A stretch of DNA of 64,000 nt. Source: Balanoglossus misakiensis (taxonomy: Eukaryota > Animalia > Hemichordata). The notes under the pieces were generated by a model, which was not told where the DNA came from, searched no databases, and was given only the letters and a program-made list of their open reading frames with translations. Made by a program: the position numbers and the translations under genes. Below, piece after piece: positions 12,696 to 24,800 of this stretch (positions are counted from its first letter, which is position 1; the number at the start of each line of letters is the position of its first letter). Location: positions 5,213,244 to 5,277,243 of the forward strand of contig CM082597.2 in assembly GCA_040954595.2 (NCBI GenBank), written 5' to 3'.

Positions 12696-14815
12696 TCAGT
12701 GTTCGGTTTTTGGACGCTTCTCGAGCCAAGCTGCAATCTTAGGCAATGCGGCGACGCGCAAGTTGAGAGCCTTGAGTTTAGGAAAAGCATCTAGTACGTT
12801 GGCGTCATACATGAAATTGAATTCCATCTGCGCATAGAACGATAGGTCAGCAAGAGTTACCTGGAAAGTCAATCAAAACAATGGATAGCATTAGGAACAC
12901 GGTGTACTTACATGGATTTTAATGTTTTGCATTGGCACTTTGACATATTGATTTCATGTACAGGATACAAGTCAGGGCATGGAAGTTCTTCGGTTTGTAC
13001 GGGTTATGTTTATTGGTAAAACAGTGTATGTTAGTCGTATGCATATGAGAACAAGAACCGTGTGGGTGTAATACGTTATTTGTCTTCTGTTGTGGTACTA
13101 TAGCGAACATTTACCACACAGCAAAGAGCCATACTAAAGATGCAATTTGCATTGGCGTAATGTTCTACAGATACTCATAATTTCAATAAGTTTGTATATA
13201 CTGACCTCATCTCCTACAAAGAATCCATCACCTCCATTGTTAGCCACCAGCATTTTCTCCAGCCCTTCCAGTGTTATAGTCACTTTCTTAGTATAGTCTG
13301 TCTTCATGGTTTCCTGAATATAGAAATATATTAATATGTGTTATATCTTTAGAAGTGAAATGAAATGTATACTTATACGGAGGGGAAAGAGTAAGAAAAA
13401 CTAGCGGAAATACCAAGGATATTTGTGAATCTCATACAATCTCATTTTCTGTGGGTCATTTTATAGTCCCAACACATATACACGAAGGCTAACATATATG
13501 TCGTAGCAATGTCTTATTAAGTGATTATCTTAACTGTCTGTCTGTCTGTCTGATTATCCTACTATAACCAAATTTGGCAAACTTGAACAATTTCGCATCT
13601 GTAAGAACTCAATTACCTTTCGTTACATATGACGTGCATATTGATGTTAATATTGTTGGCATGTATACATTATATAAAGTGGTCGATAAAATCAAGCAAT
13701 CAGTCCAACTGAATTCATGGCAAATTAGGGCAAATGTTGTATTAAACGTGTGGTCCCTACCTTTTTGCTTTCATCTTTTTCATAATGAATTTTCGCAATA
13801 CCTTGCAGCAAATCAACACAGGCGTCAGTCACCATATCAATTTTAGCTCTCTCCAGGTTAGTTTTTCCATTGAGACCTTGGTAATACATGTAGTAGATAG
13901 GAAGACCATTATCAACCACATAACACAGGTGAAAAAGTCACACCTTCAATACACTTAGGTCAGAATCAGTAACGTTAGATTTATCAGCACCTATGTGTTT
14001 GTCACATCTTCAGACATCATACAAAATTGTGGTGGTATGTTTCAATTTTATTTCAGAGAGTGTCTTACCATGTTCATTAGCAAGGAAACGAGCTATAGCT
14101 CTGGACTGGGCAAGCAAGACACCACCAACTTCCAAACACGGCAGCTGGCCGAAAGTGTATTCTGAAAGATATATACACAACCTTTCTATTACTGTTCTCC
14201 GTTGATGCCTACAATACATGTCCCTATTTCATTATTTAGACATGTCTGCGTGGAATGTTGTATTGCTAACTTATTAGTGTCGATTTGCCATTTTAATGGT
14301 GTCATATGTAATACCATAATGCATGTAGCATAATTCAATGAATTATGTACTCCATTACAAAGGTGACTATTTTCAAACAATATTCTACACGTTTCTTGTT
14401 CCAAAATACTTTGATAACCCCATACCACCGGAAATACACGGATGTAAGGTCATATAGGGGTCACAAAAGTGACATATTTTATATCAATGCGCGGTGCCTG
14501 CTTTGCCTTCCCGCGCTTCAGAAATGGCGCTCTCTGGATACTTGCATTGTGCCACAGCCTAGTTACCCGCAGATCTATTTTGTGAATGTTTGACCACACA
14601 CCGTTAAAGCCATCACGTGGAGAACTGACTGATTTAACCCAGGCATCCTGGTACCACAAAGCATTCGGTTACTTACTGCCAGTTGCCTTCTCGGCTTGCC
14701 ACTCTTCCTGAGTGTATCGAACATCTTCATACTCAACGCCCGCAGCGGCGAGGACCAAACGAGAAGGCTCTGCCGATCCCCGTCCGTTGAAATAGATGAG
14801 ACGGTACTTTGCCAT
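12696..14815 (-). CDS. Sigma-class glutathione S-transferase, copy 2
   Basis: Exons 14815-14677, 14161-14069, 13876-13761, 13313-13206 and 12860-12696. Translation: MAKYRLIYFNGRGSAE...FGQLPCL...QSRAIARFLA...[10 protein letters not shown]. Confidence 0.93.
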
Positions 14816-16126
14816 TTTGATTTAATTACAAGCCGCGAAACTGCTGTGTAGGAAAATGCAGAAAATATTGTCATAAAAGCTAACGGGAAATTAGCTGTGA
14901 ATTACGATACACCTGGAAGTGAATTGTGTGTTACCAACCGACACTGCCATGCACAGTACCTCCTTGTTTCAAGAGTTCTCCGAGTTTGAAGGGGCCAGTT
15001 GCCAGCTGCGACACTTTATCTATGCACAGGGCTGTCATATAATTGAACATGTCATCATACTGCGCTTTTGAACTTAGTACCATAAATGCAAAAATACAAC
15101 ATGCCACTTTTTGACCCCATGCTGACCTTACGTCTTGATACTGTGTGTCTGTATGGTATTACGTCATAGATAATTCAACGTTTCACACAACACTCGGCCT
15201 TTTGTAACAGAAGAAAGGTCTTTTTGTTCTTCTCCTTTTAAACCGTTTTCACTTGGCAATATTTTTCACAAACTTAACATAATCGACATGCTTTTTGCTG
15301 GTATTTGTCTCTGCAATACATGTACATGTGGCGGAAAGCTGTCGAAGAAACCGAGGGGCAATGTCTAGTCTGATCGATTTGTAATACTAGTAATTGACTT
15401 TACATAGGGGTGTGAGCGAATACTTATCACGTTTGGTTCCAAACTGATGATAAGGTATATGCACAACTTGACCAAGATTTTCACTCTTTCAAGACTGTCT
15501 TTAAGATATAACGACGAAAATGCAAGATTTCTGCAATCCTCCTCCTTTCCTATATTTACTTTTCTTTGGATAATCAGCGAGAAAAGGGGGAGGTATATGG
15601 ACTTTGGACGTTAAAACATAAAATCCTGATTGTCGTTCGCCTTCCCAGCGAGTGACTCGCAACTCTGTTAGACATGCAGGTCACAATTCCCCACTGTGAT
15701 ACTCGTGAGGCTTTGAAAAGGAACTTCCCCCACCTCTGGGAAATAGTGGTTCGAATTTCATGCGCACACAATGGTGTGCGTGTAACCATGGACCTCCATG
15801 GTGTAACTTGTTGTCCGAGGTTCAATGTACTGTACATAGTATTTGCCCACAACCGCAGACCTCAGATAACAAAAGGGTCTACCACAGTCTCGGTACCACG
15901 GGCACTGTAGATTGTGAACTGATTTGCTTAGTAGATTTGACGATAGCCACGCCGGTATTTGTTTGTGAAGACTCGCAGTTGTAGGCCAAGAGCCTTAGTA
16001 TAGGGATTTGACGAGAGTGGACTATTGGCAACCTGTACGGTCATAGCTAAGACACTCTCGGCATAATAGAACCAAAGGTCTGGCAGTCCTATGGCAAGAC
16101 AGACGTTGACACCGTCTGAGTGACTT

Positions 16127-16716
16127 CAAAGGACACAAAAGAAACACATGGAAGCTTACTCATATGCATCGACGTCAAGGTTGCCACGAGAATAACATTA
16201 TGTAATCAATGGAATAGTGAACAGAAACGCGACCTTCGCGTGTGCAACGTGCTAAAATACGATCAAGTACATGTGTAAACCTTACCCAGTGGTGGATGTC
16301 CAGGTGATATTCGAAATATCGTTTCATACGATTAAGTGAGTGACCCCTCGTTTGTGACCTTTGTATTTTGTATGCAACGCCCTCAACCACTTCCACCATC
16401 AACAACGATCTTGTCGTCTTGTCGTTGTTATTGTTGGTGGTGGTTGAGGGCGCTGTAAAATAGATAGAAAGGTCATTGACTCACTCACCCACTTTATCAT
16501 ATGAAAGGGTGTTTCAAATTCCATCAGGCCCTCCACTACTAAGTAAGGATTGTACCTAATCATATTTGCAAAGAAGACACTAAAAAAATTTTCTACAGGT
16601 GCAGAACGCGTTGCTATACCAACTCATCTGTTTATAGTATAATGTTATACTCGTAGTAACCTAGATGCATATCGTCACATGCAGTTATGTATTCAGATTT
16701 CTTTTTGTGTCCTTGA
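16127..16716. mobile_element. Degenerate ~590 bp foldback/MITE-like element
   Basis: AAGGACACAAAAGAAA near 16129 pairs with TTTCTTTTTGTGTCCTT near 16698. Inner arms CGCCCTCAACCAC/GTGGTTGAGGGCG and further imperfect complementarity are centred near 16410. Confidence 0.6.
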
Positions 16717-16907
16717 CGTTGAGTCGTGTATGACAGCTGAATCGGGTTTTGATATACTATCAGGCAATCATTTAATAGACAAAATTAAAAGCATACCAGA
16801 GATTGTTTAATTTTTTATCGAGTTGCAGAAAAATCCGTGTTACATTACGCAAAATGAACATTACAAAATGGTTTTAAAAAACATCATCGAAGAAAAAGTC
16901 AGGTAGA

Positions 16908-19337
16908 TCAAAATTCACTTTTCGGACGCTTTTCAAGCCACGCAGCAACCTTCGGCAATGCAGCCACACGTGCATTGAGAGCTTTGAGTTTGGGAAAGCC
17001 GTCCAACAGTTGGGCATTCTCTGCTAGCAGATACTCCATCTGTGCGTAGAACGCCAGGTCCGCAAACGTCACCTGCAAAATCAACATACGAGTGCAAGTG
17101 AGCATTTATCCGCCACATTCCATGCATGTACACAGACAGCCTGCTGATCTGCGCCGTCTCGTGAGGTTGTCGTTGATTGGTAGGCTATGTGATTGACATA
17201 AGCTCCGCCTACCTCCCCCGCCAATCACTGCAAATATTCAGATACATTAGCTCCAGAAAGGTTTGAATTTATTTCTGTGTGTGTAGAAAATGACTCACCC
17301 CATCTCCCACGAAGAATCCATCGCCACCGTTATTTGCACTGAGTATCTTTTCTAACGCAGCCATTGTGGAAACTACAGTCTTTCCATATTCGGTTTTCAA
17401 TTCACTCTGCGGAGAAAAACAACCAATTGGTCTGGGGTAAGAAAAGTACACAACCGTACTATGGCGTCGTTACCAATTACCATACATTTTTGTATTGTAG
17501 TCTCACGTCATATATATATGCACAAAATACCTTGAAACAGATACAATTATTTCTGGACAACATAGCTAGGTTGCGTGAGAAAAAAACATTGGTTACTGTA
17601 CAAAACTTTGAATGATTCTGTCACAAAATTGAAATTCAAAATGGCCACTAATCTTTCTCTTTGGAGAAAATATGGAGTGGCTATTTTACGAACAAAACTC
17701 ATGGCAAAGGAATACAACATTTCTCTGAAAATCTGTTCCCGAGTCAAGAACTATCTTTTACACAGTGTCGAATGAGATGATGTAGCTCACAATTGGAGTG
17801 CATATCGTCGGTGGAAACGTCAATGATTACTCGGCAACACATAAAAATATTGTTAAAATAAAAATTGCCTCTTTGCTACTACATTTTGTACCTTCTTGGT
17901 TTCGTCCTTCTCGAAGTGCACTTTCACCATGCCCTGAAGCAAATCTTGACAGGTGTCCATCACCATGTCAGCCTTTGCTTTCTCCAAGTTAGTTTTGCCA
18001 GCGAGATCTGAAAGATGTCGACGGGCAAACGAATTAGTGTTGACTTAAAACCCTGTCTTCTAAATGGGTGATGGGCCATCATATTGGAGACCACACCTTG
18101 CTTACACTGAAACAATACTTTTGGTCTTGTGATATAACAGGAATTCAGAAACCACAAATATAAGATTCTTGTCAGGAGTTGTGTCAGTGAATGTTTTGTT
18201 TGTGGCGTGTTTACTACTTACTGTATTCGTTGGCAATGTAACGAGTGATGGCCTTGGACTGAGCAAGCATAACGCCGTCTTCGGTCTCCAGACATGGCAT
18301 TTGTCCTAAAATAAACTCTGGATGAAAATAAAGGTAATGTAACATTAATTAAAGAAGAATAACAGAGCGTTTTCCGACAATTAATAATCCCTATTAACCA
18401 ATCAGGGAGCTGTAAAGTGAATAACCAATCAGAACATGCAATACATGGGTATAGGACGTGTAATGTAGGTCATTTTAAAACAGGACCACTACGACTTATC
18501 CCATAAGCACCATAGTGTGTAAACATACACAAATGGGAGGTACATGTACTGATGCTGACTCATTGTGACATTGAATTTAACAGCATAGCACGGTGATGCA
18601 TGCAGCGGCCTTATGTCCAGTCCAACCGACCGACGGGTGATACCACCTATGCCGTAAGCACCTTTGTGTATACACATGTACACAAATGGGAGGTAAGGAT
18701 GCTGACTCATGGTGACATTGAACCACAGGTGACCTTTGGTACCCTTCGACCAAGAACAGCACAATAATCGTTATGTACATAGCGCCACAATCTTTTGGTG
18801 ACCTTTGCTTATTCATGCTTTGTGAGAAGATAATGGGTTACTTGCAACGCATACAACCACCACCATGCACAAATGGATGTACAGTTTTGTATGGTTAATA
18901 TAACACATTCGCTGGAAATTTTCCGCGATTTGTTGTTTGGGTGTCGTTACGCGAATGATAGTTCATGACCTTGAAACAATTGACTGGAGCAGTGTAACAA
19001 TTGAAATATATAGTACGCCTCCTTAAAATACAGTGATGTGAGTTTCATAAGCAAATGTGAATTGATTTCAACGTAACACCACTAAATGTTTTCTCGCAAT
19101 AATCGATATTTCTAAGATTTCACAGATTTCACAGGTCATTTATCCAAACTGTGTGATCGTCGGGTCTTGGTGTTACTTAATAAATTCGAGAAACTTACTG
19201 CCTGTTGCTTTCTGTGCGGCCCACTCTTCCCCGGTGTACCGAACATCTTCATAGTCAACTCCCGCGACTGCAAGCACCAAACGGGCTGGTTCCGCACGTG
19301 CGCGGGCGTTGAAGTAGAACAGACGGGGTTTAGGCAT
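16908..19337 (-). CDS. Sigma-class glutathione S-transferase, copy 3
   Basis: Exons 19337-19199, 18317-18222, 18007-17892, 17406-17299 and 17072-16908. Translation: MPKPRLFYFNARARAE...LGQMPCL...GFFVGDGVTFADL...WLEKRPKSEF. Confidence 0.93.
18553..18710. promoter_or_regulatory. Two ARE/CNC-sMaf-type motifs (TGCTGACTCAT) in intron 1 of GST copy 3
   Basis: Exact TGCTGACTCAT at 18553-18563 and 18700-18710 inside a short local duplication; matches the consensus RTGASTCAGCA. Confidence 0.45.
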
Positions 19338-21053
19338 GTCTGTTTCTGCGGTCTGACTTGCCTTGAAAGAGGTGGAGACAGATTCTTACACTGACCACAG
19401 TCCCTTCAGTTAACTTGCACAATGATCAACTCACTAGTTCAGTACTCAAGAGATCGGTTTCTTATGAATATGCATGAGTTAAATCTACATATTAAGGCGT
19501 GTCACTATGAATAGAAACCCGTCCAATCAGGTGATCTTGTTAAGCAAGCCTTCAAGGATCCTACCCACGATTGACAAAACGGCTATTGTTTATTTCTATA
19601 GAAGTGCCCACGTCAAGAAGTGTGGGTCTTTAACAATCTCCCTACACATGCACACAGGCACTAATATAAAAACATTTTAGCACACTCTGCGAAGCGTTCA
19701 AAGTTATTAGGCATCGTCGCACTATAAAAAACATGCGACTATTGGCTGCCATGTTTTCACATGAAAGAATGTTGGCTGTTCTTACATCATTCGCTATGTT
19801 ATGTAACAAAATAAACTCACCAAAGCATGTAATCTAAATTAGTTGTCATTTCTGTGGTGCAACTTTTAACATAATCATTTTCATAGTTTGCACAGCCGAC
19901 TCGCACCTCTGTCGTCTGCTGACCATCCATGTGCAGTCAAGAATGTAATTCATACTCTTCTGGTTCACTTAATTTATTTCAATAGTTGCACATTGTCATC
20001 GCATGGGCGAGATTGACCTCAGATTGAAGCAGGATTACTAATGGAAGGATTAGATTCATTGTGTGTGGCCTGGAAATGGCCGACCCGTACAGGGTCAGCT
20101 GTTATCACCGGCGGCGTAAACAGAGGTCACCGGCTTTAAAACAGCGCCACCAGTGGCAGAAATACAGCAAGAGATGATTGGTTAATTTAGGATGCCGCCA
20201 ATTTGACGAATGCCATCAGGTAATGCCTTTATAAAAATGAAAATTTGGAGTCAACCTCGTTGTGTTTTTCTGTCAATTTCTACCCTGTTATCAAACACGT
20301 TTGAATAATTGAAAGTACTGTCTATAGTGTGACTGCTTCCTGTTTTGACTCAGAGATTGATAGCTGAATGGCATTCTATTTTGGAAACACCACAATTTAC
20401 TTCCTCGTCTTTTTTGACAGGAGGACCATATATCGTCTGCACGATTGTTTCATTGTCTGTTCTGTGCTCTATTTTGTGATCGTTTGTCATTGCAATGTTA
20501 ATAATATGACAGAACTTTATGACCCCTGTGCGCGATCTGTGTCGTAGAGAAGTTATTTTCTGCGGCAGTACTTTCACGAGCGCAGTGAGTGTATTTTTTC
20601 CCACACCTTATGTTTTATTGCAGCTTGGTAAAATGAATGAGGTGCTTACTCGGCTGATGCCTCCACGCCATAATTATATTCCCCACGTGCACGTCAAATG
20701 CATATTAAATGCAAATAATATGCATAATTATTTAAATCAACCCACCCCGTGGCAATCAGGTCAGGCTACGCCCATTGGTGGTGAGTGGCAAAAAGTGGCC
20801 AGTGGCTGTGTCGTGGTGATTGTGCTTGGAAGTGACGTCACCGAATACCATAGAGACAGACTTAAAGACTTCATTCAGGAGTATGCCATTTTATTTGCTT
20901 CTTTCTTTCTTTCTTTTGCACTACATAAATGACAATGCTGTCATGACTACGTGGAAAGCAAAAATGTAATCACCCACAAGTGCAAGCTAATTTTATTCCT
21001 CGACCCTTAATTAATGTTAGTCGTCGAATCCTCGTCCATCTGTGCACTTTATT

Positions 21054-21542
21054 CTACCCGAGGCGGAAGCCCGAAAAGTTTGTATACTTGCGATCGACAT
21101 TGCTCATAATCTCGTTGAGAAACGAACCAATTTTAGGGAGTACAACATAGACCTGCTCGCCCTCGGTGCATTCGGTAACTAGGCTAATACCGAGGTGAGA
21201 AAACGTGTCTTGACCTTTGCCAGAACTCAAAGTCGAATATCCAGTGTGCGCCGCTGCTAATTCTTTGCCGTCCTTCATCAAGCGAACCTGCGCGTTGTTG
21301 TCCATTGCTGCCAGAGCGTTGAATGTGAAAAAGTAGGTACCAGTTGTTGGACAGGTGTACTTTCCTGTGGCCATATCAAACGCCGGATCTTCACGAAATG
21401 CGTGGTTATACGTCACAACTTGGGTGTCGCTGTTGGCGGATAGGCTTGTAGTTCTTGCCACACCAAAGGCGGAACAGGTAGACATGCATGTACTTTCTAG
21501 GATCAGCATAAATGCTATCAGTAGGCATAATGTAGTCTTCAT
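21054..21542 (-). CDS. Secreted globular-head-only C1q domain protein
   Basis: Signal peptide MKTTLCLLIAFMLIL; C1q motifs SAFGV, FDMATGKYTCPTTGTYFFTF, GEQVYV and YTNFSGFRL. No collagen repeat. Single coding exon preceded by a cag acceptor (5' UTR intron). Confidence 0.9.
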   Translation of the reverse strand: MKTTLCLLIAFMLILESTCMSTCSAFGVARTTSLSANSDTQVVTYNHAFREDPAFDMATGKYTCPTTGTYFFTFNALAAMDNNAQVRLMKDGKELAAAHTGYSTLSSGKGQDTFSHLGISLVTECTEGEQVYVVLPKIGSFLNEIMSNVDRKYTNFSGFRLG

Positions 21543-22573
21543 GTTGATTCTGAAGGGAACAGGGAGAGGGTACGGTGTGATCATTGGGCCACTTTCATGA
21601 CTCTCAAGTTAAACATCCACACTTCAACATTTTGCCCATCAATGAGAAACTTATTCTTACACATCTAAATACTCAGAACAATAATATTTGATTACGTCAC
21701 ATATTTGAAGACGCATGTTTAGACAGAAAATGTTAACAGTACTGTGTGGCAGCGGTCATAACTGTCCCAACAGTATGGATGTACGACGTTTAAGCTACAT
21801 TTTAACCCAAAAGGAGCTTCTTTGTGATTGTTTTTCCGTTATTTCAGCTGCAAATGATATTGTGGGGTGTAAGTCCCATCGCCAGTAAGTATTTTTCCCT
21901 GCCTATCTAGTCAGGAGTTGCTGTTTCCTAGAGAAACTCTAAAATAAAAGAATTGGACTATAGGAGCTTACCTCTTTGATACTGTCAGCAAATTTGGAGC
22001 CTGAAACTATGTAGCTGGTGGTTCCCGGTGCTCAGACTGTCTGAGCTGCACCTTCGCGTCGACATAAATACTTTTCTGCCACAAAAATATTGCCAAAATT
22101 TACGGTCGCCAAAACTGACAACTTATACGCCCATCCTTATCCACGCCGCCATCACGTGTTCCATTTTTTCACTGTCCATATTTCATGTGAATACTCAGAT
22201 ATTCTTAAAATGGAGACAGTGAGAGATGTAACATCTGATTCCAAGAAACGATATTTTGCAAATATATGGATGGGAAAATTTTCATCAAATGAACGCATCA
22301 AAGATAGATACCTTATTACGCTAGCATACTGTACAGGAATGGTATTCATGTCTTCAAGGCAATGAATTTAAGTTGCCTATTTGTTAATGTCCACGATGTT
22401 ATCACGTGTATGTAATATATCAACCACCCGTGTTTATGCAAAATAAACACGATAAAGACATCATCTGTAGACTCGAGCTATTTTAAATGAAATTGATGCG
22501 AATTTAGTTTATTTATAAAATCATGCAAGTAAATTGGCTTATGCGCACACGGGGCGCTTAAGTTATAATATGG

Positions 22574-23075
22574 CACACGTCATCATTCTTTCTCGCACGC
22601 TCCAGGAACTCCATCGAACTCAGCAAACATATTTGGACTCTGATGGACAACGACATCGCCCACACTATTTCATGGAAAATTCTAGCCAAAGCTAAACCAT
22701 GTAACAGCGCAACCAAACGGTGCAACCTCTGCTTAACAGAGAAATTTATTATCATTCGCAACCCAGAAATTTCCACACTCAATAAAGGAAACGAACTCGT
22801 GTCCTCTTGTCGACACAGACACAAAGCATTGTTACGCAACAATTAAATCTAGAAACTCCCCACACAACACATGCATATCACCAGCCATACATATTGTTAT
22901 GCAAAACTGTCCACCCCAACCAACATTCCACCACCTGTGTAACTGCATATAAACACGTCTTCCTCCTTGCATTTCCGCCAGTTTAGTCTCCTGATGAGTG
23001 AGTCCAGTGACTGACGAAACAGCGTTGTAGAGATGATACCGCCTATCATTTATCCAGCTACATACAAACATGTAC
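22574..23075 (+). mobile_element. 5'-truncated Penelope-like retroelement: C-terminus of GIY-YIG endonuclease plus pseudo-LTR
   Basis: HTSSF...ELSKHIWTL...ISWKILAKAKPCNSATKRCNLCLTEKFII...TLNKGNELVSSCRH resembles PLE endonuclease C-termini, and a hammerhead follows. Confidence 0.8.
22986..23034 (+). ncRNA. Type I hammerhead ribozyme
   Basis: Stem I GTCTC/GAGAT; core CTGATGA at 22991; stem II G-TGAGTC(CAGT)GACTGA-C; GAAA; short stem III ACAG/TTGT; GTA cleavage triplet at 23027-23029. Confidence 0.85.
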
Positions 23076-24800
23076 ACACTGGTTGACAGGGTGGCGTACG
23101 TATGTCATAAACAGTTATTTATGCGGTTGCCACATGTCTGCATTTACTGTAATAATTTTTCCCGGATATTTCTGTGCGTTTACCCTCTTCTTGAACGAAA
23201 TGACAAAAAATAAAATGGTAGAATACGATGTAAACGTGATATGTCTTAAATTTAGTTTTTCTCTTTAACGTTGTTTTGTTGAAAGCAACGTTTGTAGGGA
23301 ACGCTGTTCTGAGCGAATGTGCGTGACCCGGCCAAGAGTTCATAGTCCCCTTTGGTCGTGTTTATCGCTTCATGTCATGCGCTAAACAAGTCATTATCAC
23401 AAGACGCGATTTTGCACAAAATTTCCCATTATGAAAGACACGTGTTTCATTTCAAATTGCTTACAATGACAGTTTAAACAGAAAAAGCTGTAAAGTCACA
23501 GTCACGCGTAATTGTTGTTTGGATATTCTTCGTACAAGCATGTGATTACTGCATCAGAATAGTTTTGACCAACAAATCAATCAGTATTGATTAAACTGAC
23601 TTGCTCCATGTAGTCGACGCGTGTTCACACTGTCTAGACTGGAAGATCCCTCGCTTGATGGCGCTCTCTTCACCCCACCTACTTCCCTTTCATGACCGCT
23701 CACAATCGTCAGAATGCACTGACACTGTACTTATTTCAGCACGTCTTAATCTACAGCCACCGGTGTGATTGACTGTTCCATTTACACCCAATAATTACTC
23801 AACAATGCCCATGGACACATTTAATCAGCAGAATGATGCAAAAAGGTATATGTATTTCAAGAGACGTCCCATTTGACTCACCTATGACTCACAGTACTTA
23901 CGGTGTTACTGTTAGTCAGTACCTGACGACAGGCCATGGGTGTTTCGCTCATGGCACGGAGAGGCGCCACCAACGATTCCAGTTAACTTAACTTAACGCT
24001 TACTACAGGAATTTTTCTGTCAGAAAACACGCTGCCAGTCTATTACGAAACCAGGTCATCTGGGCTATTGTTTTTCCGCCTTTGCTTCTTTATACTATAC
24101 TCCACTATAAATACATATTTATGATTGTGTAACACGACTCAATGGGTTTGACCTGTCGCCGACGGCGCGACTCTTAGGGAAAGTAGGGCATATTCATGGT
24201 TGAGCCGATTAATTTTAAGTTATCCCTTTTCTAAGGCTTTTCAATAAAATGACAATTTTGTGAAATATGGGAGAAAAAGTCACCCAATCCTACCTTCATT
24301 TACAAAACTGAGGACAGACGGAACATTTTTTTGTGAATTGAATGTTCTAATTCTCTCAGTTTCAAGTCACCCACCAGAATTTTCAAATCAGCAATTTTCT
24401 TGTTTTCGCAGACCTTGATGTCCAAGAAAAAAATCGATATCCCCTTTCCGTGTTTTTAAGGACACTCATTACTTACCCTAACTGCATGTGTCGCTACAGA
24501 CACGGGACCAGTTACCCGACACACCAATGTGAATCATAAAATTGATTGAGTGTTAAGGTAGTAAGAGCTGTGGTGCGCATGCGCATTTGTGACTAATCAC
24601 TTGTCGAGTTTTTGTTCTGCTGTTTCTGCTGATTGGTGCAAATATTTTGTAAAACCCCACTCAAAACGGTGGCGTGATTTTCCTTATTTAAGCATTACTC
24701 ATCCATAAATCCTACAAAAACCAAAGCTAAAATTTCGCATTCCATCGTGACCACGCACATGTACAGTAGAAGTTTAACACCGCTACCACGAACCACCACC

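Noticed and set aside
12696-12698. TGA at the end of GST copies 2 and 3 as possible selenocysteine
   Set aside because: It aligns with the TAA stop of copy 1 and the normal sigma-GST C-terminus, and I saw no SECIS.
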